Positions 40,322 through 50,434 of a stretch of 64,000 nucleotides of DNA are shown one piece after another. The translations under genes were made by a program, and so were the position numbers. The notes under the pieces were generated by a model. The model was not told the origin of the DNA and searched no databases. It was given only the letters and a program-made list of their open reading frames with translations. The stretch comes from an uncultured Gammaproteobacteria bacterium (lineage in GTDB: Bacteria > Patescibacteriota > Microgenomatia > Levybacterales > UBA12049): NCBI GenBank assembly GCA_964497535.1, contig CAZCCG010000002.1:234972-298971 (forward strand), written 5' to 3'. How positions within the stretch are numbered: position 1 is the stretch's first letter; each line of letters begins with the position of its first letter.

Positions 40322-41875
40322 CTAAATATGAAATCCTTTATTGTGTAGTATCTTTAATTGTACCGCATTCATCTCTTCTAATTTAGTCTTTTTTATCAAT
40401 AGACAGGTTGGTTTCGTAGTAAAGTATACCTGAATATATTTCTTTTTAATATCCTCTTCTATTGATGATTTTGCAAGGGGTGTATTACATACATTCACAC
40501 TATAATAAAACGACGGCGCATTCTTTTCAAACATACTTCGACGCTCTGAGTTGAACGTGTTAAGTGAAAATACTACTGGGTAAAATATATTATATTGATA
40601 ACTGGAGGGTAACTTTGCTTCTTCATAAACCAGACTATCCCATCCTTCCACAAAAAGGGTATCTCCTCGAGCTGACAAAGATTTTATTAAGCTTCCCATA
40701 CTGGAAAACTGTGCATAGTTATAGTTGAAGTCCTTATTTCTATCTGTTTTTTGAATCAATAGCTGAAGTGGGCTTACCAATACAATAATACTCACCAAAA
40801 TACCCAGAATGAGAAATATCTTTTTATCTTCGACATATTGAAGGAGGTAAACGCAACTTGTTATTAAACATCCATACCATATCATCATATGGAAAGCTTC
40901 ATAAAATTGTATTCCTGGTGTGATGATTCTGATACCTGCCAGTGCTAATACTACCAGTATGAAAAGTATAAGTTTTAGCTTATTTTTAAATAGGATAGAA
41001 ATCTCGCAGAGGAAAAATGCAGATAGAGCCATTGTAGTAACTCTAAAAAGATTTAATTTTCCTTCGATAAATATAACAAGTGGATAAAAAATGATCTTTA
41101 AAATTCCCACTCCGAAAATATTACTGCTTCTTGCTTCCGCAGCTGCAATAGTCTCTGAATTAAGTATTATGACCTGATATACAAAATCAAGGGAATCTAC
41201 TGATAGGAATGTACAGAGAGATAAGAAGAAAAATGTAATTATAGAAATAATTTTTTCCTTTTTATTATTCTTATTAAAAAGTATGAAGCCGTATAAAATA
41301 AGAGCTAACGGTATATAAGGTTCTCTCATCCAAATTATAAACCAGACGAAAATTCCACTCAGAATATAATCAAAATTTTTCAATTTAATAGAGTCAAGCT
41401 TAAGTAAATTCAGATAAAAAAGATAAATTACAGAATATACAATAAGTGATTCTGCCAAAAAAAGATTACCAAAAAGATAATATTTAATTGATTCAAATAG
41501 TATAAAGATAACCAGACCTTTAAATCGAAATCGATACGTCAGAAGTCCTGCCATTACTGTTGAGAAGAAAATAACAAACAGTCTATGGAATAAAATCAAT
41601 TTATATAAATTATGCGGATCTAGAAACTTTTGTATCAAAAAACTTATATACACAATAAGAATTTGGTGATTAAAAAATATGCTGGAATATAACTTCTCCC
41701 CCTGCAGAAGAAAATATGCGGCAATAATATTGTTCCATTCATCGATGAAACTAAAAGAGACACTTTTTTTGAAATAAATGTATCCAAAGAAAACTGAGAA
41801 AACAATCCAGAGAAGAAATAAAATTGCTTCTTTTTTTTTGGCATGATTTATAATTTTTTTTATAGAATTATTCAT
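40322..41875 (-). CDS. Polytopic membrane protein (517 aa), GT-C-like with DE motif after TM1.
   Basis: SFSFIDEWNNIIAAYFLLQGEKLY. About 13 hydrophobic segments. Confidence 0.55.
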   Translation of the reverse strand: MNNSIKKIINHAKKKEAILFLLWIVFSVFFGYIYFKKSVSFSFIDEWNNIIAAYFLLQGEKLYSSIFFNHQILIVYISFLIQKFLDPHNLYKLILFHRLFVIFFSTVMAGLLTYRFRFKGLVIFILFESIKYYLFGNLFLAESLIVYSVIYLFYLNLLKLDSIKLKNFDYILSGIFVWFIIWMREPYIPLALILYGFILFNKNNKKEKIISIITFFFLSLCTFLSVDSLDFVYQVIILNSETIAAAEARSSNIFGVGILKIIFYPLVIFIEGKLNLFRVTTMALSAFFLCEISILFKNKLKLILFILVVLALAGIRIITPGIQFYEAFHMMIWYGCLITSCVYLLQYVEDKKIFLILGILVSIIVLVSPLQLLIQKTDRNKDFNYNYAQFSSMGSLIKSLSARGDTLFVEGWDSLVYEEAKLPSSYQYNIFYPVVFSLNTFNSERRSMFEKNAPSFYYSVNVCNTPLAKSSIEEDIKKKYIQVYFTTKPTCLLIKKTKLEEMNAVQLKILHNKGFHI

Positions 41876-43827
41876 GGTAGTACTTGCAAGATCGTCACTG
41901 CGTTATTTGAAAAAACTTTTTTAGTAAATTGGTTGTTCTCCTTTGCCTTGAGTGATGAATGAGCGGTAAGATAAATATAATGAATTGAATTTTTCAATAA
42001 CAATGACTGAACTTCGAGAGAATTTCGGTCAGAAAATATATGTTCGGAAATCATTTTTTTTGATTGTGTGTCTACTCCTCTATCCCCCGGTTCTCCGCCG
42101 TTGCATACAAACAGAGGCCTTTTTGAAAAAATGCTAATGTAATTACACGTTGCGCTAAAGCCTAACCCTACCTCATCAGTGACGATCAGAGAATCGACCG
42201 GGGTATGGTTCTTGAGAAAATTGAGTGCTTGAATTTCTTGATTTTCAATTACAAAACCCCGATGATTTATAATCTCTTCAATAGTAACACTTTCTGAGAT
42301 TAGCATCCTGGGAAGCGTAAGAACTACCACCATTATAACTATAATTGGCCTCATTCCCGAAGGTAGTTTTGGAATCCAGTAGGAATAAGCACAAGCAGCA
42401 TATAACGACAGGACAATAAAAATTGTAATAATAAATTGAGAGGAATTTGAACCTCCTGTTTTTTGAATAAAGAAAAACCCAAGAAATGCGCTTATAACGA
42501 TTCCTGAAAGTAAGAATATATTGAGTTCTTTTGGAAAGAGTGTTAGTGACCGCTTGGTTTGAAAAAAAGAAGCACACAATGTGCCAAAGATTGTAATACC
42601 ATATAAAAGACTATAGATACCATCATATGATAAAACACGAAGCCAACTATGATGCGCCACATATACCATACGCGCCAGTTCAAATTTTCCCAGATTAAAA
42701 ACAGGTTGAGCGATATAATTTTCTACTCTCCAAAATCCGGTAAATATTAATCCTCCGGCATCCGCATTTACCGGTATATACAAAGCAAGGCCTATTATTC
42801 CCGCAATAAAAAGCGGTACCAATGCTCTATACCCTCTTCGTAGTAAAAAATAAAATCCTAATATCACCAAACCTCCCAAAGCGAAAATTCCCATATATGT
42901 TTTAATACTGATCAAACTTCCGAAAACGAAAGCCATAAGTATACCCTGATATATATTTTTTTTCGAAATCCACAAGACCAGCAAGCTCAAACCCGTGAAA
43001 AAAATTGGAATAGCAAGTGCACGAGAAGGACTAATCCATAATTGCGATGCATTGTATAAGAAGAAGAAATCTAAATTGAGATGCCTGGTAAGTATAAGTA
43101 TAAAGAGATAAATAATATCACCACTGAAATATAAGAAAAATAACAGGAAACTAATAAATAGTTTCTTTGCTTTGATAAGTTGACAGAAAACCACGGCGGT
43201 AGCTCCGATACCAACAGTAATTAATAAGGAGAAATACTGATAAAATGTAGATAAAAGGGGCAGTGAAAAAACCCGTACCATATCGGCAACAACAATATTG
43301 GTAAAGAAGTGATAATTTTTTAAAGCAACTCCATATATTCCCGGTTCCTGTGGCGGAAATGAATGTACCAATTCATTGGTTAATGCCAATTGATATAACG
43401 TATCAGGAATACCACAACAAAAATATATCCCTTCTTTCGTAAGTAAGCCATTGGGCCAGATAAATGCCAGTTGAGCAAGCGAACCAACTAGAATAAGCGC
43501 TATGATCCCTTTCTTTTGTTGAGTCCTCTGTGGATTTTTTAACCTATTGAAAATTTCTATTAATTGAAAACGGTAAAACCGCAGCCATAAAAAAAATGAT
43601 AAAAAAACATATATATAACTAATCCAGCGGATATGGAAAAAACCACCCACCTCTCCTACCAACCCCCATACTACTAATCCTAAGAATGTGCCAATAACCA
43701 GCTTTTGGAACAAGGTTAAAGATATTTTTCTGAGGAGAAATTGGCCGGGTATAGTAAATATGAGGTATGCAACAACGAAAAATAAAACAAGATTGAACCA
43801 AAAAAACGGGTCAGTTAATGTAAGCAT
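41872..43827 (-). CDS. Large membrane protein (651 aa) with C-terminal soluble domain of about 150 aa. Function unknown.
   Basis: Long ORF. 4-nt overlap with the downstream gene. Many TM segments. Confidence 0.55.
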   Translation of the reverse strand: MLTLTDPFFWFNLVLFFVVAYLIFTIPGQFLLRKISLTLFQKLVIGTFLGLVVWGLVGEVGGFFHIRWISYIYVFLSFFLWLRFYRFQLIEIFNRLKNPQRTQQKKGIIALILVGSLAQLAFIWPNGLLTKEGIYFCCGIPDTLYQLALTNELVHSFPPQEPGIYGVALKNYHFFTNIVVADMVRVFSLPLLSTFYQYFSLLITVGIGATAVVFCQLIKAKKLFISFLLFFLYFSGDIIYLFILILTRHLNLDFFFLYNASQLWISPSRALAIPIFFTGLSLLVLWISKKNIYQGILMAFVFGSLISIKTYMGIFALGGLVILGFYFLLRRGYRALVPLFIAGIIGLALYIPVNADAGGLIFTGFWRVENYIAQPVFNLGKFELARMVYVAHHSWLRVLSYDGIYSLLYGITIFGTLCASFFQTKRSLTLFPKELNIFLLSGIVISAFLGFFFIQKTGGSNSSQFIITIFIVLSLYAACAYSYWIPKLPSGMRPIIVIMVVVLTLPRMLISESVTIEEIINHRGFVIENQEIQALNFLKNHTPVDSLIVTDEVGLGFSATCNYISIFSKRPLFVCNGGEPGDRGVDTQSKKMISEHIFSDRNSLEVQSLLLKNSIHYIYLTAHSSLKAKENNQFTKKVFSNNAVTILQVLP

Positions 43828-43848
43828 AGGTTCTCTAAGGATTAATTT

Positions 43849-44766
43849 TTATAGACTGCCTTTCCCCCATTTTCCCCGGAAAAAATCGATTATTCCTTTT
43901 TTTTGGTTTTTCCTCCCTATAAATAAGTACATACATCCTTGTTTTAACAATGCTATTTTTGCTCTGGTTGATGCATAGGTAATACCAAAAAGCATCCGAT
44001 TGCGGGTTATAAAGTAATCTTGCAACTGCGACCCCGATCCTCCCGTCGAACCCGCATTTTTGTGCCAGATAATTGACTGAGGAACATACTCAACTTTGAA
44101 ACCTCCATTTTTAATCCGCTTGGATATATCATTGTCTTCATAATACAAAAAATATCGCTCATCAAATAACCCGATTTTTCCAAGCACTTCCCGGGTAAAT
44201 AGAATACAACACCCTGTTAAAAAATCTGTCTCCATCTGCATATCATATTGACCATGGTCTACTTCATCTACACCACGATGAGAAGCCAAAACATTTTCCC
44301 AATCCATAACTCCTCCAGCGTACCAAATAACCTTCCCTAATTCTTTTTCGTCATATCGATCTGCATGGAATTCATATCCTTTGGCAAAATAGATTTTGGG
44401 GCTAACGGCCCCAATAGTATTATCTTTATCTATCGCAATTATGAGCTTTCTTACAAATCCCGGATCAACATAGGTATCGTTATTCAACACCATAATATAA
44501 TCATTCCCATTTTTTAGAGCGGCAGTAATTCCGGTATTCATTCCTCCGGCAAATCCAAGGTTTTTTGAATTATTTATTATTACAATTTTTTCTTTCAGTT
44601 TATTTCTCTTCAAATGATCAATATCAAAAGCACCTTCTAAGGTATTGTTAACAATATACAGAGTAAGTTCGATTCCTGAGGTATCAATATCCTGCAAAGA
44701 GTCAAGACATTCTAACGTTTGGTTTTCAAATTTATAATTAAGAAGAATTATTGCGACTTTTTTCAT
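43849..44766 (-). CDS. Glycosyltransferase family 2 (WbbL/rhamnosyltransferase-like).
   Basis: VAIILLNYKFENQTLECLDSL...YIVNNT...NLGFAGGMNTGI. Confidence 0.85.
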   Translation of the reverse strand: MKKVAIILLNYKFENQTLECLDSLQDIDTSGIELTLYIVNNTLEGAFDIDHLKRNKLKEKIVIINNSKNLGFAGGMNTGITAALKNGNDYIMVLNNDTYVDPGFVRKLIIAIDKDNTIGAVSPKIYFAKGYEFHADRYDEKELGKVIWYAGGVMDWENVLASHRGVDEVDHGQYDMQMETDFLTGCCILFTREVLGKIGLFDERYFLYYEDNDISKRIKNGGFKVEYVPQSIIWHKNAGSTGGSGSQLQDYFITRNRMLFGITYASTRAKIALLKQGCMYLFIGRKNQKKGIIDFFRGKWGKGSL

Positions 44767-44767
44767 G

Positions 44768-46225
44768 TTACTTTTTTAAATTTTCTTTAATGAATTTAAT
44801 ATCGGCTATAATTTGGTTTTTGCTGAAGAGAAATAAGGTACCTAGGTAAACTAACCCTCCACATGCGATCATCAAGACCAATAAATAAATATTGTGTATT
44901 ACCAAAGGATTGAGTATATACAAAACGACACCCATAATAATGGTACTCAGAAGTGGACTTTTGATAGCAGATACTATATTAAAATCCACATATCGTTTGG
45001 CTATTAAGATAAGCGGAATTACCGATACATTAATTATAGCTGTAATGGCAGGAAAGGCATTGAAACCATAGAGATGAATTCCAATGGGGGTAGCAATCCA
45101 AATAAAGACAGTCCAACCAACCATAAAATATAACGTAATTTTAATTTTTCCTATCGCGTTGAGTAAATTTGTGATTGGTATAAGCATAGCAGCAAGTAAA
45201 ATATTCATACCGAAAAAGATAAAAGCCAAAAGAGCCGGCTCCCATTTATGATATTTGGGAATAATTGCAATGATATAGGGCACGATTAATACTAATCCCA
45301 CTACTCCGGGGAATACAAGAGCAGTACTGGCAAAAAGAGACTTTTCAAGTGCAGCCCCCAGCGCTTTTTTGTCATGCTGAAGTCTAGCAAATGAAGAAAA
45401 GGTGATACGGGTAATATTATCTGTGACGATTCGAAGAGGAACATACGTCCACTTCTGGGCAAAGGAGATATATCCGAGCTGATAATCGGGGAGAACTTTA
45501 CCTAAAAATACTGAAGTGAATAAATTATCTTTTATCAATGCTAAAATACTATTAGTCTGAAAAGGAACTCCATAAGAAAGTAAATGCCTCAGTGCCTTAA
45601 TAGAAAAACCAGGCTTAATTGTCCATGGAAAGATAATATACATAGCAATCAGCCCCGAAACTGCACGAACTAATACCGCAATAGAAAAACTATTAATCCC
45701 AAACCCTTTATAAGCCAAACCGACAAGCACCACTGTATAACAAATCGTCTCTACAACTTGAGGAATAACAAATTTATCATATTGCAAATTCCGTTCCATC
45801 AAAATAGAAGGAATTGTCTTAAGCGTTGAGATAAAAAAAGCAATTACAAAAGCTTGCAGTAAAAAGATAGCTTCCTGAGGAAAATGATAAAAATCCCTGA
45901 TTTGATTGGATAATAGAAAAACAAGAACTACTATGACCAATACAATTCCTTCCTGAACTACAAAGGTCGTAGAAAGCTCTTCATCCGTAATAGGATCTTT
46001 TTTTTGGATAAGAGCTCCTCCGAGTCCGATATCTGAAATATATCCTAGAATGCCGACAAATCCTTCTACAATAAAATAAACGCCATAGATAGCAGGAGTC
46101 AAAAGTGCCGCGAGTATCGCATCTCTGCCGAAATTAACCGACTGTATAAATATAGAGCGAGAAACGAATGCAGCTATTCCTTTAATAGAACGACGCGCAA
46201 CCAGTATTGGATCAAAGTCATCCAT
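44768..46225 (-). CDS. Polysaccharide biosynthesis protein / Wzx-like flippase (MOP superfamily), second copy.
   Basis: 485 aa, about 12-14 TM. SRSIFIQSVNFGRDAILAALLTPAIYGVYFIVEGFVGILGYISDIGLGGALIQKK typical of PST flippases. Confidence 0.7.
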   Translation of the reverse strand: MDDFDPILVARRSIKGIAAFVSRSIFIQSVNFGRDAILAALLTPAIYGVYFIVEGFVGILGYISDIGLGGALIQKKDPITDEELSTTFVVQEGIVLVIVVLVFLLSNQIRDFYHFPQEAIFLLQAFVIAFFISTLKTIPSILMERNLQYDKFVIPQVVETICYTVVLVGLAYKGFGINSFSIAVLVRAVSGLIAMYIIFPWTIKPGFSIKALRHLLSYGVPFQTNSILALIKDNLFTSVFLGKVLPDYQLGYISFAQKWTYVPLRIVTDNITRITFSSFARLQHDKKALGAALEKSLFASTALVFPGVVGLVLIVPYIIAIIPKYHKWEPALLAFIFFGMNILLAAMLIPITNLLNAIGKIKITLYFMVGWTVFIWIATPIGIHLYGFNAFPAITAIINVSVIPLILIAKRYVDFNIVSAIKSPLLSTIIMGVVLYILNPLVIHNIYLLVLMIACGGLVYLGTLFLFSKNQIIADIKFIKENLKK

Positions 46226-46976
46226 AAGTATGATTCATTTTAGATTTCCTTAGGTTTTCCCAGGGTCTTGTTTTCAACAAACGCCCCATTGTGGCAATAT
46301 CACCGGTAATAGTTGATAATAACCGTACGGTTGAACCGGGATTATCTATCCAATGCACGGGTTCTTCATATATTTTATACCCGCTTTTTTCCGCAACAAT
46401 TAAAAGTTCTCCATCAAAAAACCAGTCATTATCCAAAATCTTTGGGATTAAATTATCCACCACATTTTTGCGTACGGCTTTAAACCCACACTGAGCATCG
46501 GTAAAATGAGTATGGAATAAAAGTTGAATAAAAAAGAAATTAAGTATTCGGGAAGTGAACTCTCGAAGAGGTGTTCTTCCTTCCACATGTGCTCCCTTTG
46601 CAAGCCGTGATCCAATAGCAATATCATACTCTTTTTCAAGCTTTTCCAATAGTTTTGGCAGGTGCAACAAATCAGTAGAAAGATCTAAATCCATGTATAC
46701 GCAAAAATCGCTCAAAGATTGGCTCCATGCCCGTTTGATTGCCCTCCCTCTCCCCTTTTGCTCCAATCGTAACAGAGATAAATGGGGATTTTTTTTCGTC
46801 AGCGTTGCCGCAATAACCGGAGTATTATCGGACGAGGCGTTGTCCGCAATTGTTATGTGCCAATCGTACTGTTTTAAATGCTTGGTGCAAAAATCAATCA
46901 AGGTTGTAATATGCTGTTCAATTTCTTTTTCTTCATTATAGGTAGGTATAGTAATTTCCACAGTCTTTTTTTTCAT
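46218..46976 (-). CDS. GT2 polyprenyl-phosphate glycosyltransferase-like.
   Basis: VEITIPTYNEEKEIEQHITTL...ITIADNASSDNTPVIA...YMDLDLSTDL. Confidence 0.85.
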   Translation of the reverse strand: MKKKTVEITIPTYNEEKEIEQHITTLIDFCTKHLKQYDWHITIADNASSDNTPVIAATLTKKNPHLSLLRLEQKGRGRAIKRAWSQSLSDFCVYMDLDLSTDLLHLPKLLEKLEKEYDIAIGSRLAKGAHVEGRTPLREFTSRILNFFFIQLLFHTHFTDAQCGFKAVRKNVVDNLIPKILDNDWFFDGELLIVAEKSGYKIYEEPVHWIDNPGSTVRLLSTITGDIATMGRLLKTRPWENLRKSKMNHTYG

Positions 46977-48703
46977 TTGATATGTTTCTTTTTTGTTACT
47001 AGAAAAATTGTATAGATCAAAACTGAAATCAATGCAAGAAATGTAAGAATGTTACCGGTTCTTCTATATAACGTATCAGTAAATTTCGCTTCTATGTTAT
47101 ACATCCCCGGAGACAGATTAATAGTGATGAGCTTGAGTTTATTATTGCTACTATATTGTATTTGTTTTCCATTTGCAAATACAACCCATCCTGGAAAGGT
47201 ATAGGTATTTAAGCTGACTGTACCGGGACTATGGACTGTCATTTTATATTGTTTTGTTTGGGGATTATTTTTTAAAACATCTACATCTATATCACCTGAC
47301 AAAACCGTATATGCCGCTGTGGCAATTTGATCTTGTCTTACATCAATTACAGAATTTCCAATATCTGATTTTTTAGTGGCAATACCTTTGGGGGTATATT
47401 CAAAGGCCATAATACTGGTACGCCACCGTAATACACTCTGGCTGATATAGCTATTATCTGTAACCTCGGACAAATACTTGCTCGGGACAAAAAATTGCTG
47501 GTTTACTGCAATAATCAATACTATCGCAACTGCAATTCCCCATAATCGATATGTGCGTTTCAAGGGCAACAATTCTATAGATGCAATTAGAAACGAGAGA
47601 GTAAATGCCGATAATACTAAAAAGCGCCAGGGAAATTGGATATACGAAAATGCCTGCAAGATATCCCAAATCGGCTTCGAATAAACAGTTTGAATGAATA
47701 AAGAAAATAAGAACATTCCCCAAAAAATGACCAAAACAGTGGCATACTTCTTTTTTTTAAGAATCGTGTATAAAGTAGCAACTGCCGCCACCACACCCAA
47801 AACCAGCTGAACCTTTCCTACCTCAAATGACAACCCATCATCACAATTATAAAGAGACCCTCCATACCCCCAGGGAGAATTAAAAAACTGTTTGACACAG
47901 ACAAAATGAAGATTATAATCTGCTAATTCTGTAGTCAATAAATCAACCATAGTAAACTTTTTCTCCATCACTGCCGGAAGCAAAAAATAAGCACTCAGAC
48001 AAAGTGCCAGAATACCGCTTACCAATACTCCAATGACAAATTTTTTCTTTTGTTTTGTTGTGATCCAAAGAAAAATAAGATAGATCCCGATAAAAAGGAC
48101 GCTCATCATCATAATCAGGTTATGGGCAAGTACAAAAGAGGCTAAAGCAACTCCTGCTGCGATAGCCCAATAGAACTTCTGGGTATGATAAAACCGGGTA
48201 TATGCCCAAAAAACCAATGGAATTGCTACAAAAGACCATGCTTCGGGAAATGCCCCTCGTACATAAATATCTACGGAATGATAGGGTGCATATAAATAGG
48301 CAACAGAGGCAAGAAGTGACCCTGCTTTTCCAAAGTATTCCCGACAGAATAAATACATGAAGATCGCGGAAAGAATAAAGCCAATACCTACCATTATTTT
48401 TATCGACCAGATATAGGAGACCCCCATGAGCCTGAATAGTTCAGCAATGTAGTATACGAGTGGTGGATAAAAATTAAAGAGCGGATAATCGTAGCCAAAC
48501 CCTAAATCTTGAGCTAATCTGGGAGGAATATGCCCCGCGCGAACATCCTGGTCAATTTCATATAACCTCCCCACCTGCTCATCATCGTGGATAGGAAAAA
48601 ACCCTACATGAAACAACGGTTGTATAGTAAAAAAAGATATAAGAATAATAAGGAGGTACATGATATATTCCTTCTGTTTGATAAAAGAAAAAATATTTTT
48701 CAT
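46973..48703 (-). CDS. PTPS-related (PF10131-like) polytopic membrane protein, paralog A. Start placed at the internal ATG that forms an ATGA overlap with the upstream paralog.
   Basis: FPIHDDEQVGRLYEIDQDVRAGHIPPRLAQDLGFGYDYPLFNFYPPLVYY is the family-typical HD..E / PPR / GYGYPLFNFY signature. The ORF track starts at 48790, but MKNIFSF at 48701-48703 gives the classic 4-nt coupling overlap. Confidence 0.65.
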   Translation of the reverse strand: MKNIFSFIKQKEYIMYLLIILISFFTIQPLFHVGFFPIHDDEQVGRLYEIDQDVRAGHIPPRLAQDLGFGYDYPLFNFYPPLVYYIAELFRLMGVSYIWSIKIMVGIGFILSAIFMYLFCREYFGKAGSLLASVAYLYAPYHSVDIYVRGAFPEAWSFVAIPLVFWAYTRFYHTQKFYWAIAAGVALASFVLAHNLIMMMSVLFIGIYLIFLWITTKQKKKFVIGVLVSGILALCLSAYFLLPAVMEKKFTMVDLLTTELADYNLHFVCVKQFFNSPWGYGGSLYNCDDGLSFEVGKVQLVLGVVAAVATLYTILKKKKYATVLVIFWGMFLFSLFIQTVYSKPIWDILQAFSYIQFPWRFLVLSAFTLSFLIASIELLPLKRTYRLWGIAVAIVLIIAVNQQFFVPSKYLSEVTDNSYISQSVLRWRTSIMAFEYTPKGIATKKSDIGNSVIDVRQDQIATAAYTVLSGDIDVDVLKNNPQTKQYKMTVHSPGTVSLNTYTFPGWVVFANGKQIQYSSNNKLKLITINLSPGMYNIEAKFTDTLYRRTGNILTFLALISVLIYTIFLVTKKKHIK

Positions 48704-50430
48704 ATAGTATGCTTTTTTCGGTTGAACCGCTTTACTGCTTCTGTCTTTAACGTAAGATTTGGTTGAAACTTTCCTGGCAGGAATAACCAAATCAATAAAA
48801 ATAGTATTCCCAAAAGTGTTACTACATCAGCTGTCATACGAAGCGGTGTTTCCGTAAACTTAGCCTGAATTGTAGAACTCCCACTACCCAACGGAATTTC
48901 CATAAGACCCTGGCTATTATTATAAGAGATAGGGACACTTTTTCCATTGACCCAAATTGTCCACCCCGGATAATAAATAGTATTGAAACGCACGGTACCA
49001 GGATGATTCATGGATGATTGGAAAGAAATATTTTTTGAATTAAAAACAACATGGGAGATATTCCCGTTTCCATTGATTAAAAATACTTTTTCTTTCGGCC
49101 AGTTAGTTGGAAATTGCTTGACCCAAAGCGGCATAAATTCAAAAGAAGCAGTAGTTGTAGCATCATTAGTACTGTAATAAGAATCATCCCGTGTAGTAAA
49201 TGATATGGGTTTGGTGTATGGCAAAACAAAAAATACTCCTGCCAACGATATTCCCATCACCAGATATCGCAACTTCGGTATTGTTCCCAAATATCCGGCT
49301 CCGAGTGAAACCAAAAAGCCGATAATACCAAGCATGGTCCAAGGAAAAGTTATATCTTTCATAATGGGAATAATTTTCCATAAAAAGTTTGATGGTGGAA
49401 ATAGGAAAAATATAAAAATGAGGATCAAAATTGAAAAAAACAAACTCAAACGAAATGATACGGTTGTTTTCTTTTTTTTATTTTTCACAAAAATTATAAT
49501 AAGTGTAATGATTCCTACGATATATGCAATAAGTTGAGTAATACCAAGCTGATAGGTAAACCCATCTTTTTGAGAAGGACTTCCATACCCCCAGGAAGGA
49601 AGAATAAATTGCTGAATTGAAACAAAAAAATTATCCCGGACCGCGATGGGAATTTTTGCAAAAAGAACATTATTTTTTTCAATCAGTGCCGGAAGCCAAA
49701 AATAACAGGACAAAATAATTCCAAATACCATAGTTAGTATCAACGAAACCGCACTTTTATTTTTTCCTGAGACAAAGAGTGCCGCAATCGTGATAACCAT
49801 TGCCATAGAGAAGTATAAAAACATAATATTATGGGTAAGAACTAACGCTCCATACGAAAAAGCGGATATCAAAAGAGGGATTTTAGAAAAGGGCTTTTCG
49901 TACTGTTTTACCATACCCCAGGCAATTAGAGGGAATAATATAAAAGCAACCGATTCACCCAAGGATCCTCTTACATAAAGATCCACAAATCGATAGGGTA
50001 AAAAAACAAACAAAAACATGCTGATAAATCCTGCATAGGTACTTTTCCATAGTGCTTTTGAAGCACAAAAGATAAAGTAAGCTGAAAAAACCATACTGGC
50101 AATAAAGAGTATTTTTATACTATTTATGAATCCGAAATGTATTACATGTAAAACCGTTGTAAGGTAGTAAGGAAATGGATACGCAAAGTTAAAAAGCGGA
50201 TATCCATATCCATGATTGAGCACCCCGGAATAACGGGGAGGAATTTGCATATCTTTTATCTCCCGATACATATCTGCTGCACGGACTACTGCCCACTCGC
50301 CATCATGGGTTGTAAAGTACCCTTCCTGAAAAAACGGAAGCAAAAGAGGAATAGATATAATAACTGCAATAACAAAAGCAGCAAGGTAGAGGTATATCCC
50401 TGTTGTATATTTCAAAACTTGTGTTTTCAT
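48700..50430 (-). CDS. PTPS-related (PF10131-like) polytopic membrane protein, paralog B.
   Basis: FQEGYFTTHDGEWAVVRAADMYREIKDMQIPPRYSGVLNHGYGYPLFNFAYPFPYY. 576 aa. Collinear with paralog A, including the C-terminal soluble domain. Confidence 0.65.
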   Translation of the reverse strand: MKTQVLKYTTGIYLYLAAFVIAVIISIPLLLPFFQEGYFTTHDGEWAVVRAADMYREIKDMQIPPRYSGVLNHGYGYPLFNFAYPFPYYLTTVLHVIHFGFINSIKILFIASMVFSAYFIFCASKALWKSTYAGFISMFLFVFLPYRFVDLYVRGSLGESVAFILFPLIAWGMVKQYEKPFSKIPLLISAFSYGALVLTHNIMFLYFSMAMVITIAALFVSGKNKSAVSLILTMVFGIILSCYFWLPALIEKNNVLFAKIPIAVRDNFFVSIQQFILPSWGYGSPSQKDGFTYQLGITQLIAYIVGIITLIIIFVKNKKKKTTVSFRLSLFFSILILIFIFFLFPPSNFLWKIIPIMKDITFPWTMLGIIGFLVSLGAGYLGTIPKLRYLVMGISLAGVFFVLPYTKPISFTTRDDSYYSTNDATTTASFEFMPLWVKQFPTNWPKEKVFLINGNGNISHVVFNSKNISFQSSMNHPGTVRFNTIYYPGWTIWVNGKSVPISYNNSQGLMEIPLGSGSSTIQAKFTETPLRMTADVVTLLGILFLLIWLFLPGKFQPNLTLKTEAVKRFNRKKHTI

Positions 50431-50434
50431 GAAG

